Counted from the first letter of the stretch, positions 36,411 through 46,200 are shown. The stretch: 64,000 bases of DNA from Bacillota bacterium (GCA_040756735.1 JBFLYC010000020.1:114-64113), one strand, 5' to 3'. Program-made: numbers and translations. The notes: generated by a model not told the origin, from the sequence alone.

Positions 36411-36498
36411 CTGACAGTAATTGAGAAAAAAAATTGTTAATCAAGGAGGAATTTTAAATAAAACGACGAATATGTATATGAACAAAATACCAAGATGT

Positions 36499-36512
36499 TG
36501 GACATTTGTTCA
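36499..36512. promoter_or_regulatory. TGAACA-N2-TGTTCA operator-like box (copy 3, inverted, 1 mismatch)
   Basis: TGGACATTTGTTCA is the reverse complement of TGAACAAATGTCCA. It also pairs with TGAACAAAAT at 36479-36488. It ends 32 nt upstream of the punA ATG. Confidence 0.5.
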
Positions 36513-36544
36513 TGCTTTGTATTTAATGCAAAAGGAGGGATTAG

Positions 36545-37363
36545 ATGGCGTTGGCAGATTTGTTGAATGAAACTGTAGGCTATTTAAGACAAAATACCGT
36601 TGAAAAGCCGGAAATCGGCCTTGTTTTGGGCTCGGGTCTTGGCATACTGGCCGAAAAGATTACTAAAAAGCAAGCAGTATCATATGCCGAAATTCCCAAT
36701 TTCCCGGTATCAACTGTAGAGGGGCATCAGGGACAGTTGGTTTTCGGTACTATAAGCAATAAAAGTGTAGTTGCCATGCAGGGCAGATTTCACTTTTACG
36801 AAGGTTATAGTTTAGCTCAGGTGACTTATCCTATACGTGTGATGAAGCTGCTGGGGGTAAAAACATTAATTGTTACCAATGCTGCCGGTGGTATTAATCT
36901 TAATTTTAAGCCAGGTGACTTGATGTTAATCTCTGATCATATCAATTTGCTCGGCAGCAATCCTTTGATCGGGGAAAATATACCAGAATTAGGGCCCAGG
37001 TTTCCCGATATGTCAGATGCATATGACAAGCAGTTGCGGGAAAAGGTAAAGCAAATAGCTGATGCTGGTAATATTGCCTTGCAGGAAGGTGTTTATGCAG
37101 CAGTGACAGGGCCGAGTTATGAAACGCCTGCGGAAATAAGGTATCTGCGAACTATTGGAGTAGATGCTGTGGGCATGTCAACAGTTCCTGAAGTAATTGT
37201 GGCCAATCATTGTGGAATAAAAGTAATCGGCATTTCCTGCATTACCAATATGGCAGCTGGGGTGTTAGACAAAAAACTCGACCACCAGGAGGTTATGGAA
37301 ACAGCAGCTTTGGTAAAAGAAAAATTTATCACGTTGGTTCAAAATATTATCACCAATTTATAA
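36545..37363 (+). CDS. punA: purine nucleoside phosphorylase (PunA type)
   Basis: 272 aa with RBS AAAGGAGGGA. Motifs LGSGLG, GRFHFYEGY, VTNAAGG, GPSYETPAE, GMSTVPEV. Confidence 0.93.
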   Translation: MALADLLNETVGYLRQNTVEKPEIGLVLGSGLGILAEKITKKQAVSYAEIPNFPVSTVEGHQGQLVFGTISNKSVVAMQGRFHFYEGYSLAQVTYPIRVMKLLGVKTLIVTNAAGGINLNFKPGDLMLISDHINLLGSNPLIGENIPELGPRFPDMSDAYDKQLREKVKQIADAGNIALQEGVYAAVTGPSYETPAEIRYLRTIGVDAVGMSTVPEVIVANHCGIKVIGISCITNMAAGVLDKKLDHQEVMETAALVKEKFITLVQNIITNL

Positions 37364-37495
37364 CATTTTTTATATTTATTAGGCAGGAATTTTTGCTTCC
37401 CATGAAGAATTAAAAGTTAGACGAACAAATAATCCTATTTCTGAACAAAATTTCATTTCAACGATTTAGTGATCGGTTGACAAAGGAGATGTCGA

Positions 37496-38167
37496 ATGCA
37501 AACTAAAGATATTGCTCAATATATTGATCATACCTTACTAAAACCGGAGGTGACCAGGAGGCAGATTATCAAACTTTGTGAGGAAGCCCAGGAGTATGGA
37601 TTTGCTTCAGTATGCGTCAACCCTTGTAATATAAATACTGCGTACCAGCAATTAAAGGGCAGTGGAGTTAAGATATGTACTGTCATCGGCTTTCCCCTGG
37701 GAGCTACTATTACAGCAGTAAAAGCATTTGAGACAAGAGAAGCGATTGCAGCCGGAGCTGAGGAGATAGACATGGTTATCAATATCGGTGCGCTGAAGGA
37801 CAGGAATGAGGTGTATGTTCACAATGATATTGAAGCAGTAGTCAAGGCGGCCCAGGGTAAGATTGTTAAAGTTATTATAGAAACGGGCCTGTTAACAGAT
37901 GACGAAAAGGTGCTGGCCTGCCAATTGGCCATGAGAGCCGGCGCTCATTTTGTTAAAACATCTACCGGATTTAACGCCAAAGGAGCAACGGAAGAAGACG
38001 TTCGGCTGATAAGAGATGTAGTTGGCTCCGAAATAGGTGTTAAAGCATCAGGAGGGGTCAGGTCCCTGAATGAGTTATTGGCTATGCTGGAAGCTGGAGC
38101 TACCAGAATCGGCACCAGCTCGGGGGTAGCCATTATCAATGGGAATGGAATAGAAGCTGCATATTAA
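37496..38167 (+). CDS. deoC: deoxyribose-phosphate aldolase
   Basis: 223 aa. [33 protein letters not shown] (Schiff-base Lys), VKASGGVR. Confidence 0.94.
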   Translation: MQTKDIAQYIDHTLLKPEVTRRQIIKLCEEAQEYGFASVCVNPCNINTAYQQLKGSGVKICTVIGFPLGATITAVKAFETREAIAAGAEEIDMVINIGALKDRNEVYVHNDIEAVVKAAQGKIVKVIIETGLLTDDEKVLACQLAMRAGAHFVKTSTGFNAKGATEEDVRLIRDVVGSEIGVKASGGVRSLNELLAMLEAGATRIGTSSGVAIINGNGIEAAY

Positions 38168-38329
38168 CTGGAACAACATATTTATTAAATCAACATATTT
38201 TTTTGGGCAGGAGGTGAAAAGTAACTCAAACTGCTGGCAAATATTTTGGAGAACTTCAACAATAGTTTTAGCAAAAAATGGGTGAATAAGGTAGTGGTTT
38301 TAGGTGTGGAGGATAAAGGGGTTGAAATA

Positions 38330-38728
38330 ATGGAAAATCTGGAAGAAAAGTTAATTGAGTTAGCGTTAAAAGCAAAGGAAAAAGCTTATGTCCCCTATTC
38401 CAAGTTTCGGGTGGGAGCAGCTCTACTGACTGAATCGGGGGAAATTTTCACCGGATGCAATGTGGAGAACGCTTCCTATGGTTTGACCAACTGTGCCGAG
38501 AGGACTGCTGTCTTTAAAGCTGTCAGCGAGGGGCATACCAGATTCAAAGCGATAGCAGTGGTTGCAGATTCAAAGCAGTATGTCTCCCCCTGTGGTGCAT
38601 GCCGTCAGGTGCTTGCCGAGTTTGGCCAGGATATACAGGTAATAATAGGTGATGCTGCAGGGAACTTTTTCAGTAAAACCGTTAGTGATCTGTTACCTTT
38701 TACCTTCACTAACAAGCAAATGGATTAA
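38330..38728 (+). CDS. cdd: cytidine deaminase
   Basis: ORF-track start 38246 trimmed to ATG 38330 (132 aa, the usual Cdd size). Zinc motifs CAERTA and SPCGACRQ. Confidence 0.9.
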   Translation: MENLEEKLIELALKAKEKAYVPYSKFRVGAALLTESGEIFTGCNVENASYGLTNCAERTAVFKAVSEGHTRFKAIAVVADSKQYVSPCGACRQVLAEFGQDIQVIIGDAAGNFFSKTVSDLLPFTFTNKQMD

Positions 38729-38872
38729 CCCCACCCGGACTCAGAAAACACAGTCTTGACATTCTTTCACGTCGATTTCTGGGGTGTTAATTATGATGGT
38801 TCGAGTAAAGCCTTGTGCCATCACTCTCGGCCTTTGCCGAGATGCTATTTAAATATGAGGAGGAATTGGATT

Positions 38873-39964
38873 ATGTTCGGTAAACGGATAAGGCCTATTT
38901 TGGCGCTGTTGTTGGTAATAATGATAGTTGTTGCTGGCTGTGGAGGTGCCGGGTCCAAACCTGCAGATCAACAACCAGTATTGAAGGTTGGCATGGTTAC
39001 AGACGCAGGAACCATTGACGATAAGTCCTTTAACCAGGGTACATGGGAAGGTGTACTTAAAGCTACTTCAGACTTTGGTTTAGAGAAAAGATATTTAAAA
39101 CCTGCAGGTACAACGGAAGCAGATTACATAAAAGAAATAGGCAACTTATACGATGCTGGTTTTAAATTGATTGTTTGTCCTGGATTTAAGTTTGAGACAG
39201 CAATTTTTCAAGCTCAGGATAAATATCCAGATGCCAAATTTGTTTTGCTTGATGGTTATCCCCATGCCGGAGATTGGAATCCGGTTGTTAAAGAAAACAC
39301 AGTTTCAATCTTTTTTGCCGAGCATGAATCAGGATTCTTGGCCGGTGTTGCAACCGCATTGCAACTGAAGGATGGAGAAGCCGGCTTCATTGGCGGAATG
39401 GAAATACCTGCAGTTCAGAAATTCAACTGGGGTTTCCAACAGGGCATCCAGTATGCAAATGATAACTTTGGCACAAATATGTCTATTAAGGCAGAAAATG
39501 TTGTGTATCAAGGAAGTTTTGATAATGTAGCTGCAGGTCAGCAGTTGGCTGCACAGATGTATGATAAAGGAGTAAAAGTTGTATTTACAGCTGCCGGTGG
39601 AGTGGGTGTAGGCGCTATTAATGAGGCAAAAACAAGAGCCAAGGCTGGTAGTGAAGTTTGGATTGTCGGTGTTGACGTTGACCAGTATGCAGAAGGTATT
39701 TATGAGGGCAACAAATCAATTATTCTTACTTCAGCAATGAAATGTATCGACCAGGCTGCTTATGATATGATTAAAGCTGAAAAGGAAGGCAAATTCCCCG
39801 GGGGAGAAATCCTTACTTTTAGTGCGCAAAATGACGGTATAGGTATACCTGCTGAAAACCCAAATCTTAGCAAAGATGTTGAAAGCAAGGTTGCAGAAGT
39901 TTTTGCACAATTAAAATCAGGCAGCCTTAAAGTATCAGATGTTCAAGGAGACTTGATTAAGTAG
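38873..39964 (+). CDS. BMP-family (Med/PnrA/NupN-like) nucleoside-binding lipoprotein of an ABC importer
   Basis: Start set at ATG 38873 (RBS GAGGAGG 38857-38863). Lipobox VVAGCGG. BMP-family stretches VTDAGTIDDKSFNQG, FAEHESGFLAG, GVDVDQY. Confidence 0.9.
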   Translation: MFGKRIRPILALLLVIMIVVAGCGGAGSKPADQQPVLKVGMVTDAGTIDDKSFNQGTWEGVLKATSDFGLEKRYLKPAGTTEADYIKEIGNLYDAGFKLIVCPGFKFETAIFQAQDKYPDAKFVLLDGYPHAGDWNPVVKENTVSIFFAEHESGFLAGVATALQLKDGEAGFIGGMEIPAVQKFNWGFQQGIQYANDNFGTNMSIKAENVVYQGSFDNVAAGQQLAAQMYDKGVKVVFTAAGGVGVGAINEAKTRAKAGSEVWIVGVDVDQYAEGIYEGNKSIILTSAMKCIDQAAYDMIKAEKEGKFPGGEILTFSAQNDGIGIPAENPNLSKDVESKVAEVFAQLKSGSLKVSDVQGDLIK

Positions 39965-40067
39965 CAGGGATTAATTACACTAAAAGAAAGGGACGGTTAA
40001 TCCGCCCCTTTCTTTTAGTTGCTTTGCTTTGTTATTTTAATTTTCAAAAGACTAGGGAGAGGACCTA

Positions 40068-41603
40068 ATGGAGTATGTTGTAGAAATGCAAAAAATTCGC
40101 AAAGAATTTCCCGGCGTAATTGCCTGTGATGATATAACCCTCCAATTAAAAAAGGGAGAAATTCATGCATTGCTGGGTGAAAATGGTGCAGGCAAGTCTA
40201 CTTTGATGAGTGTGCTTTTTGGCTTGTATCAACCGGATAGTGGTGTTATCCTCCTTAGAGGAAAGAAAGTTCACATTGCTAATCCCAACATTGCCAATGA
40301 CCTTGGAATTGGAATGGTACACCAGCACTTTAAGCTTGTACACAATTTTACCGTTACTGAAAATATCATTTTGGGTTTTGAAACAACAAAAGGACTAGTA
40401 GTCGATGTTCGTTCTGCTGCTAACCGTATACAGCAGCTTTCGGAACAATATAAACTCAATGTAAACCCCCATGCTAAAATATCTGAAATTTCAGTGGGGA
40501 TGCAGCAGCGTGTAGAAATCATTAAAATGCTTTATCGCAATGCGGATATTCTCATATTTGATGAGCCCACGGCGGTTTTGACTCCCCAGGAAGTAAAAGA
40601 ACTCATGAAAATAATGAAGGACCTAATTGCAGAAGGCAAGTCAATTATTTTAATCACCCATAAGTTAAAGGAGATTAAGGCAATTGCAGATCGTTGCACA
40701 GTCATTCGCAGGGGTAAGTTGATCGATACAGTTAGTGTAGCAGCTACCTCTCAAGAAAGATTAGCAGAAATGATGGTTGGACGTAAGGTTTCTTTTAAAA
40801 CAGAAAAAGAAAAAAGAGCTCCCGGGGAGACTATTTTGAGCCTGGAAAAGCTGTCTGTACGTAACCACCAGGGAGTTTTAGGATTAAAGAATTTCTCTTT
40901 AGAGGTACGCCGTGGGGAGATAGTTGGTATTGCCGGTGTTGATGGTAATGGGCAGGAAGAGCTTGTGGAAACCCTGATAGGACTAAAAAAGGCCGAGACC
41001 GGCGCCATATTTTTTAAGGACCTGAATATTACAAATCTATCCATACGGGATAGAATTAAGGAAGGTATGGCTCATATACCTGAAGATAGGCATAAGCATG
41101 GTTTAATTTTGGACTATACAATTGAGGAAAATTTGATTCTCTTAATTTATTATCAGGAACCATTTTCAAAAAACGGGCTTTTAGATTGGGACAGAATCCA
41201 CCAACATGCAGAAAAAGTAGTAGGGGAATTTGATGTTCGTGCCGGTCAAGGTATTGCAGCATCTGCTCGATCCCTTTCTGGTGGAAACCAGCAAAAGGCT
41301 ATAGTCGGACGCGAAATTGATCGAGATCCAGATCTGTTGATTGCGGTCCAACCTACAAGGGGGCTGGATGTAGGAGCAATAGAATATATTCATAAAAGGC
41401 TGGTGGAACAAAGGAATAAAGGGAAAGCCGTACTCTTGGTATCCTTAGAATTGGATGAGATACTTGACATATCTGACCGCATTGCATGCATAAACAATGG
41501 AGAATTAATTGGAATTGTTAATGCTGATGAAACCAATGAAAATGAAATCGGGTTAATGATGGCTGGCGTAAAGAGAGGTGTTACCCTTGAACCTAAAGAT
41601 TAA
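40068..41603 (+). CDS. ABC transporter ATP-binding protein with two fused NBDs (nucleoside/sugar type)
   Basis: 511 aa. First Walker A GENGAGKST, signature ISVGMQQRVEI, Walker B ILIFDEPT. Second NBD GVDGNGQEE, LSGGNQQK. Confidence 0.92.
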   Translation: MEYVVEMQKIRKEFPGVIACDDITLQLKKGEIHALLGENGAGKSTLMSVLFGLYQPDSGVILLRGKKVHIANPNIANDLGIGMVHQHFKLVHNFTVTENIILGFETTKGLVVDVRSAANRIQQLSEQYKLNVNPHAKISEISVGMQQRVEIIKMLYRNADILIFDEPTAVLTPQEVKELMKIMKDLIAEGKSIILITHKLKEIKAIADRCTVIRRGKLIDTVSVAATSQERLAEMMVGRKVSFKTEKEKRAPGETILSLEKLSVRNHQGVLGLKNFSLEVRRGEIVGIAGVDGNGQEELVETLIGLKKAETGAIFFKDLNITNLSIRDRIKEGMAHIPEDRHKHGLILDYTIEENLILLIYYQEPFSKNGLLDWDRIHQHAEKVVGEFDVRAGQGIAASARSLSGGNQQKAIVGREIDRDPDLLIAVQPTRGLDVGAIEYIHKRLVEQRNKGKAVLLVSLELDEILDISDRIACINNGELIGIVNADETNENEIGLMMAGVKRGVTLEPKD

Positions 41604-42645
41604 TAATGAATATGTATTGGCCCTGGTGGCTGTAGTATTGGGATTATTGGCGGGAGGAATTCTTATGCTGGTTGCAAAGAATAATCCCATTGAAGGTTTT
41701 ATATATTTATTCCGTGGTGGACTAATGAGCCTTGAACGTATAGGCAACACCCTGGCTACTGCCACACCTCTAATTTTTACAGGGCTTTCCGTGGCATTTG
41801 CTTTTAGGACCGGTCTATTTAATATTGGCGCTGCTGGTCAAATGTTAATTGGTGGTCTTTGTGCCATTGCTATCGGACTCACCTTTGCATGGCCTAAACC
41901 CTTACTGCTTACTGTCATGCTTGTTGCTGCAATGATTGGTGGAGGATTATGGGCTTCTTTGTCCGGTTGGTTGAAAGCTAAATTTAATGTTCACGAAGTT
42001 GTTTCCACTATTATGATGAATTGGATAGCTTATTGGACAGTTTATTATGTAGTGCCGAGATACTTTAAAGGCGATTTTATGGAGACGGAATCCAGAAGAA
42101 TTCCCTATGAAGCATCATTAAAGGTTCCCTGGTTGACTGATTTATTTAACGGATCTTATATTAATCTAGGTATATTCTTGGCTATTATATTTGTTATTAT
42201 TATTGCATTCATTCTAAATAGGACAACCTTGGGTTATGAATTAAAGGCTGTTGGGTTTAATAGACACGCGGCTGAAACTGCAGGTATAAATGTTAATAGG
42301 AGTGTTATTCTTGCAATGACCATTGCCGGTGCTTTGGCAGGTCTTGGTGGCGCCACTTTTTATGTTGGATATGCTTCCAATATGCAAATAGGGGTTTTGC
42401 CATCCCATGGTTTTGACGGGATTGCAGTGGCCCTGTTAGGCGCTAATTCACCTGGAGGCGTTTTAGGGGCAGCCGTTTTTTTCGGCCTGCTTCACACTGG
42501 AAAGGGTTTTATGAATGCTATGACTAATATACCTCCTGAGATAGCTGATACAATTATTGCAACTATAATTTATTTCTCAGCTACAAGTATACTGATTCAG
42601 AGATACTGGGAGAAGCTGAAGAAAAAGTTGGGAGGTGCAAAGTAG
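41578..42645 (+). CDS. ABC transporter permease (first of two)
   Basis: Polytopic ~350 aa of the BMP-importer permease type (FNIGAAGQM, GFDGIAVALLG). Start is uncertain: GTG 41578, or TTG 41587 with better spacing from GAGAGGTG. Confidence 0.85.
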   Translation: MLPLNLKINNEYVLALVAVVLGLLAGGILMLVAKNNPIEGFIYLFRGGLMSLERIGNTLATATPLIFTGLSVAFAFRTGLFNIGAAGQMLIGGLCAIAIGLTFAWPKPLLLTVMLVAAMIGGGLWASLSGWLKAKFNVHEVVSTIMMNWIAYWTVYYVVPRYFKGDFMETESRRIPYEASLKVPWLTDLFNGSYINLGIFLAIIFVIIIAFILNRTTLGYELKAVGFNRHAAETAGINVNRSVILAMTIAGALAGLGGATFYVGYASNMQIGVLPSHGFDGIAVALLGANSPGGVLGAAVFFGLLHTGKGFMNAMTNIPPEIADTIIATIIYFSATSILIQRYWEKLKKKLGGAK

Positions 42646-42646
42646 C

Positions 42647-43594
42647 ATGCTTTCCATTATCTTGGTGATTTTCCCATATGCCATTGCTTATACCATTCCC
42701 TTGCTGATTACAGCCCTTGGAGGTTTGCATAGTGAACGAAGCGGTGTTGTCAATATAGGCCTTGAAGGTCTTATGGTAATAGGCATGTTTACCGGGGCGC
42801 TGGTGATTTCCCAATTAGAGATGTCTTTTCCTGGTACTGCTATATGGATAGGTCTGTTAGCCGCATTTATTGCTGGAGCTGTTTTTTCTCTGTTGCATGC
42901 TTTTGCCTGTATCACTCTTAATGCCAATCAAGTTATTAGCGGGATTGCAATTAACATGATTGCCGGGGCTCTGACCACCTATTTGGCCAGAAACATTACC
43001 GGCAGTGGCAATATTCAGATAGTTCACGGACTTGGCAGGCAGAATATCCCGGTATTATCTGATATTCCAATCCTGGGCAAATTGTTTTTTACAATGAGTT
43101 ATCCCACAACATGGGTTGTTGTAGGAATTCTCATTATTTCCTGGTTTATCTTGTATAGGAGACCCTTTGGGCTGCGCTTGAGGGCCTGTGGTGAACATCC
43201 ACATGCAGCTGATTCTGCGGGCATAAATGTTTATTTAATGCGTTATATCGCTGTTATGATATCTGGAGCATTTGCAGGACTTGGAGGAGCCATCGTTATT
43301 GTTACATATTCCGGTGAATTTAATGGGACTGCAGCGGGTCTTGGATTTCTTGCTCTTGCTGCATTAATATTTGGACAGTGGAAGCCCCTTGGTATACTTG
43401 GTGCAACACTGTTTTTCGGATTTGCCAGTACTGTTGCTAATGTATCTCAAGTTATTCCAGCCTTGGCAGTGATTCCTGGCATTATCCTGAAAACCTTTCC
43501 TTATATCTTTACTCTAATTGCATTGGTGATTTTCTCGAAATCTACCCAGGCGCCCAGGGCCCTTGGGGAACCATACGACAAAGGTAAACGGTAA
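42647..43594 (+). CDS. ABC transporter permease (second of two)
   Basis: ATG 42647 lies 1 nt after the upstream stop, with RBS GGAGG 42631-42635. Polytopic (NIGLEGLM, RACGEHPHAADSAGINV). Confidence 0.88.
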   Translation: MLSIILVIFPYAIAYTIPLLITALGGLHSERSGVVNIGLEGLMVIGMFTGALVISQLEMSFPGTAIWIGLLAAFIAGAVFSLLHAFACITLNANQVISGIAINMIAGALTTYLARNITGSGNIQIVHGLGRQNIPVLSDIPILGKLFFTMSYPTTWVVVGILIISWFILYRRPFGLRLRACGEHPHAADSAGINVYLMRYIAVMISGAFAGLGGAIVIVTYSGEFNGTAAGLGFLALAALIFGQWKPLGILGATLFFGFASTVANVSQVIPALAVIPGIILKTFPYIFTLIALVIFSKSTQAPRALGEPYDKGKR

Positions 43595-43664
43595 GTATTG
43601 AAATTAATTGATTAGATCTGCATTGCTGTTAAAGAATACCCATTACAAACTGTCATCAAATACA

Positions 43665-43672
43665 TGTATAAT
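43665..43672 (+). promoter_or_regulatory. extended -10 promoter element (TGTATAAT) for the pdp leader
   Basis: A perfect TGnTATAAT with TACAAA 17 nt upstream (43644-43649). The predicted transcript would start just before the heptamer palindrome. Confidence 0.45.
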
Positions 43673-43680
43673 ACTAAAAG

Positions 43681-43766
43681 GAATACAGAAGTCAGAATAC
43701 AGGAGTAAGTAAAGGTACTGAATTTATTCTGAATTCTGGCTTCCGAATTCTGTATTCTGACATTCA
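43681..43766 (+). repeat. palindrome built from heptamer repeats (CAGAATA / TATTCTG) in the pdp 5' leader
   Basis: Left side: CAGAAGT-CAGAATA-CAGGAGT. Right side: TATTCTG-AATTCTG-GCTTCCG-AATTCTG-TATTCTG. Perfect 12-bp arms GTCAGAATACAG (43691-43702) and CTGTATTCTGAC (43750-43761). No T-run follows. Confidence 0.6.
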
Positions 43767-43859
43767 TGGTAGAATCCTGAGCTAAGTGCATAGTCAGTAA
43801 ATTTTATTATCGTCGTGTATTATGTAGAAAGATTATAGCCTATAAAAGGAGGTGCCTGC

Positions 43860-45191
43860 TTGAGAGTATATGATTTAATATTAAAGAAGAGGAACGGGTA
43901 TGAACTAAGTCGGGAAGAAATCAAGTTTTTGGTGTCAGGATATGTTAAAGGCATTATTCCCGACTATCAAATTGCCGCTTTTAACATGGCTGTTTATTTT
44001 CAGGGATTAACCAGGGAAGAAACCCTGCAATTAACCCTGGCCATGGTGGAATCAGGAGATCAGGTGTCTTTAAAAGAAATTCCAGGTATTAAGGTTGATA
44101 AGCATAGTACAGGAGGGGTAGGGGATACCACTACCTTGGTTCTGGCTCCTCTGGTTGCAGCAGCAGGAGTCCCGGTGGCCAAGATGTCAGGGCGAGGGCT
44201 GGGTCACACCGGAGGTACCATTGATAAGTTTGAGGCTATCCCAGGGTTCAAAACAAGTTTGTCAATTGATGAAATGATAGCGGCAGTTAAGACGGTTGGC
44301 GTTGCTGTAGTTGGTCAGACTGGAAACCTGGTGCCGGCAGATAAAAAGCTATATGCCCTGCGGGATGTTACCGCCACTGTAGACAGCCTGCCGCTTATTG
44401 CCAGCAGTATTATGAGCAAAAAATTGGCTGCCGGTGCAGATGCCCTGGTTCTTGACGTGAAGACAGGTGACGGCGCTTTCCTCAAAGATCTGGAGGAGGC
44501 CTTTGCCTTGGCAGAAATTATGGTGGAAATTGGTCAGGATGCAGGCCGGGAGACGGTGGCAGTCATCACCAATATGGATCAGCCTTTAGGGAAAGCTGTT
44601 GGCAATTCGCTGGAAATAGAAGAAGCCATTTTAACACTGCGGGGAGAAGGCCCGGCAGATCTTAAGGAGCTTTGCATAGTCTTGGGAGCGCAGATGCTAT
44701 ATCTGGCCAAGGCGGCTGACAGTGTCACGGCCGCCAGGGATAAGCTGGAAAAGGTGATTGCCAGTGGAGCAGCCTTGGCCAAGCTGAGAGAATTGATCAA
44801 ATCTCAGCAAGGAGATGAGCGGGTTGTGGATGATATGACCCTCCTGCCACAGGCCGCTAATAAAATTTCAATATTATCATCCAAAGCCGGATACATTCAG
44901 CGCATCAAGGCAGAGTCAATAGGCATAGGGGCTATGATGCTGGGAGCTGGTCGTGAGACAAAGGATTCAGCTATTGACCTGGCAGTAGGTATAACACTGG
45001 AGAAAAAGGTGGGAGACAGGGTTGAAGCTGGAGCAGAATTGGCTGTTCTCCATGCTAATGATGCTCAAGGCAATGAAAAAATTGCCGCAGTCCAGCAAAT
45101 GTTGTTAAGCGCTTATGAGATAGGTCCTGAGCCAGCTGAAAAGCCAAAGCTGGTGCAAGGGTATGTGGACAAAAACGGGCGAAAGAGCTAA
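43860..45191 (+). CDS. pdp: pyrimidine-nucleoside (thymidine) phosphorylase
   Basis: 443 aa, TTG start with RBS AAAGGAGG. Motifs [26 protein letters not shown], and a C-terminal alpha/beta domain. Confidence 0.93.
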   Translation: MRVYDLILKKRNGYELSREEIKFLVSGYVKGIIPDYQIAAFNMAVYFQGLTREETLQLTLAMVESGDQVSLKEIPGIKVDKHSTGGVGDTTTLVLAPLVAAAGVPVAKMSGRGLGHTGGTIDKFEAIPGFKTSLSIDEMIAAVKTVGVAVVGQTGNLVPADKKLYALRDVTATVDSLPLIASSIMSKKLAAGADALVLDVKTGDGAFLKDLEEAFALAEIMVEIGQDAGRETVAVITNMDQPLGKAVGNSLEIEEAILTLRGEGPADLKELCIVLGAQMLYLAKAADSVTAARDKLEKVIASGAALAKLRELIKSQQGDERVVDDMTLLPQAANKISILSSKAGYIQRIKAESIGIGAMMLGAGRETKDSAIDLAVGITLEKKVGDRVEAGAELAVLHANDAQGNEKIAAVQQMLLSAYEIGPEPAEKPKLVQGYVDKNGRKS

Positions 45192-45222
45192 AGCTAAACC
45201 AGTATAAGAGGGTGAAAGTAAA

Positions 45223-46191
45223 ATGACAAAAGTTTCTTCAGATAAAATTCAGATGGCTGTTCAGGCAGCACGTTTATACTATGAGTGCGATGAAAACCAG
45301 CAACAAATAGCCAAAAAACTAAATATTTCGCGGCCTCAGGTTTCCAGGTTGTTGAACCTGGCCCGGGAAGAAGGAATAGTGGAAATTAGAATTAACAGTC
45401 CCCTGGAAACTTACTCCAGGCTGGAAAATATTTTGTGTCATCACTTTGGTCTGAAACAGGTAATAGTTGTTCCAATGTCAACTACCGATAGCAATTTGGT
45501 CAAAAAGAATCTGGCCAGGGTGACGGCTAATTTTTTAGATCAAATAGTGGAAAATGGCCAGATTATTGGTATTCCATGGGGTTCAACCCTCAGTTATGTT
45601 GCCAAGTATTTGAAAGAACGGGAGACGAAGGATATCACTATCGTCCAGTTAAAGGGAGGAGTGGGGCGTATCTCCGGCAAAGTAGATACTTATCACCCGG
45701 TGATTACCTTCGCTCACAAGTTAAAAGCTACACCCTGTTTTTTACCGGCGCCAAGCATAGTTGACAACCTCCAAGTAAAGGAGATTCTAATGTCAGATGC
45801 CAAGATTAATGAAATACTGGAACTGGGAATAAAAGCAGATGTGGCTATTTATCCTATTGGCATTCCTGTGCCTGATTCAGTTTTGGTGCAGGCCGGATAC
45901 TTTACCCAAGAAGAGATGATTACTCTGCAAGAAAAGGGAGCAGTGGGGGATATATGTTCACGGTATTTTCTTGCCAATGGAGAAATTGTTGACCAGGATT
46001 TAAATGACCGCACCATTGGCATTGAGCTGGACAAGCTCCAGCTGAAAAAGTATGCCATAGCCGTTGCCGGAGGCAAAGACCATGCTCCGGGAATTTTAGG
46101 AGCTTTACGAGGAAAGTATCTCAACACTTTGATTACCGATGAGGCAGCAGCTCTTGAGGTAATCAAGCTGGCGGGAATAAAATCTGGTTAA
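45223..46191 (+). CDS. deoR: SorC/DeoR-type sugar-phosphate-binding transcriptional repressor (deoxyribonucleoside regulator-like)
   Basis: 322 aa. N-terminal HTH AARLYYECDENQQQIAKKLNISRPQVSRLLNLAREEGIV and a SorC-type effector domain (IGIPWGSTL, VQLKGG). It is the last gene of the nucleoside cluster, as with B. subtilis DeoR. Confidence 0.85.
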   Translation: MTKVSSDKIQMAVQAARLYYECDENQQQIAKKLNISRPQVSRLLNLAREEGIVEIRINSPLETYSRLENILCHHFGLKQVIVVPMSTTDSNLVKKNLARVTANFLDQIVENGQIIGIPWGSTLSYVAKYLKERETKDITIVQLKGGVGRISGKVDTYHPVITFAHKLKATPCFLPAPSIVDNLQVKEILMSDAKINEILELGIKADVAIYPIGIPVPDSVLVQAGYFTQEEMITLQEKGAVGDICSRYFLANGEIVDQDLNDRTIGIELDKLQLKKYAIAVAGGKDHAPGILGALRGKYLNTLITDEAAALEVIKLAGIKSG

Positions 46192-46200
46192 ATGAAAATT

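Noticed and set aside
38826-38841. The small hairpin CTCGGC-cttt-GCCGAG and a TTGACA hexamer (38756-38761) between cdd and the BMP gene, considered as an internal promoter or attenuator.
   Set aside because: There is no -10 element at a workable spacing from TTGACA and no T-run after the hairpin. The evidence is too weak to call.
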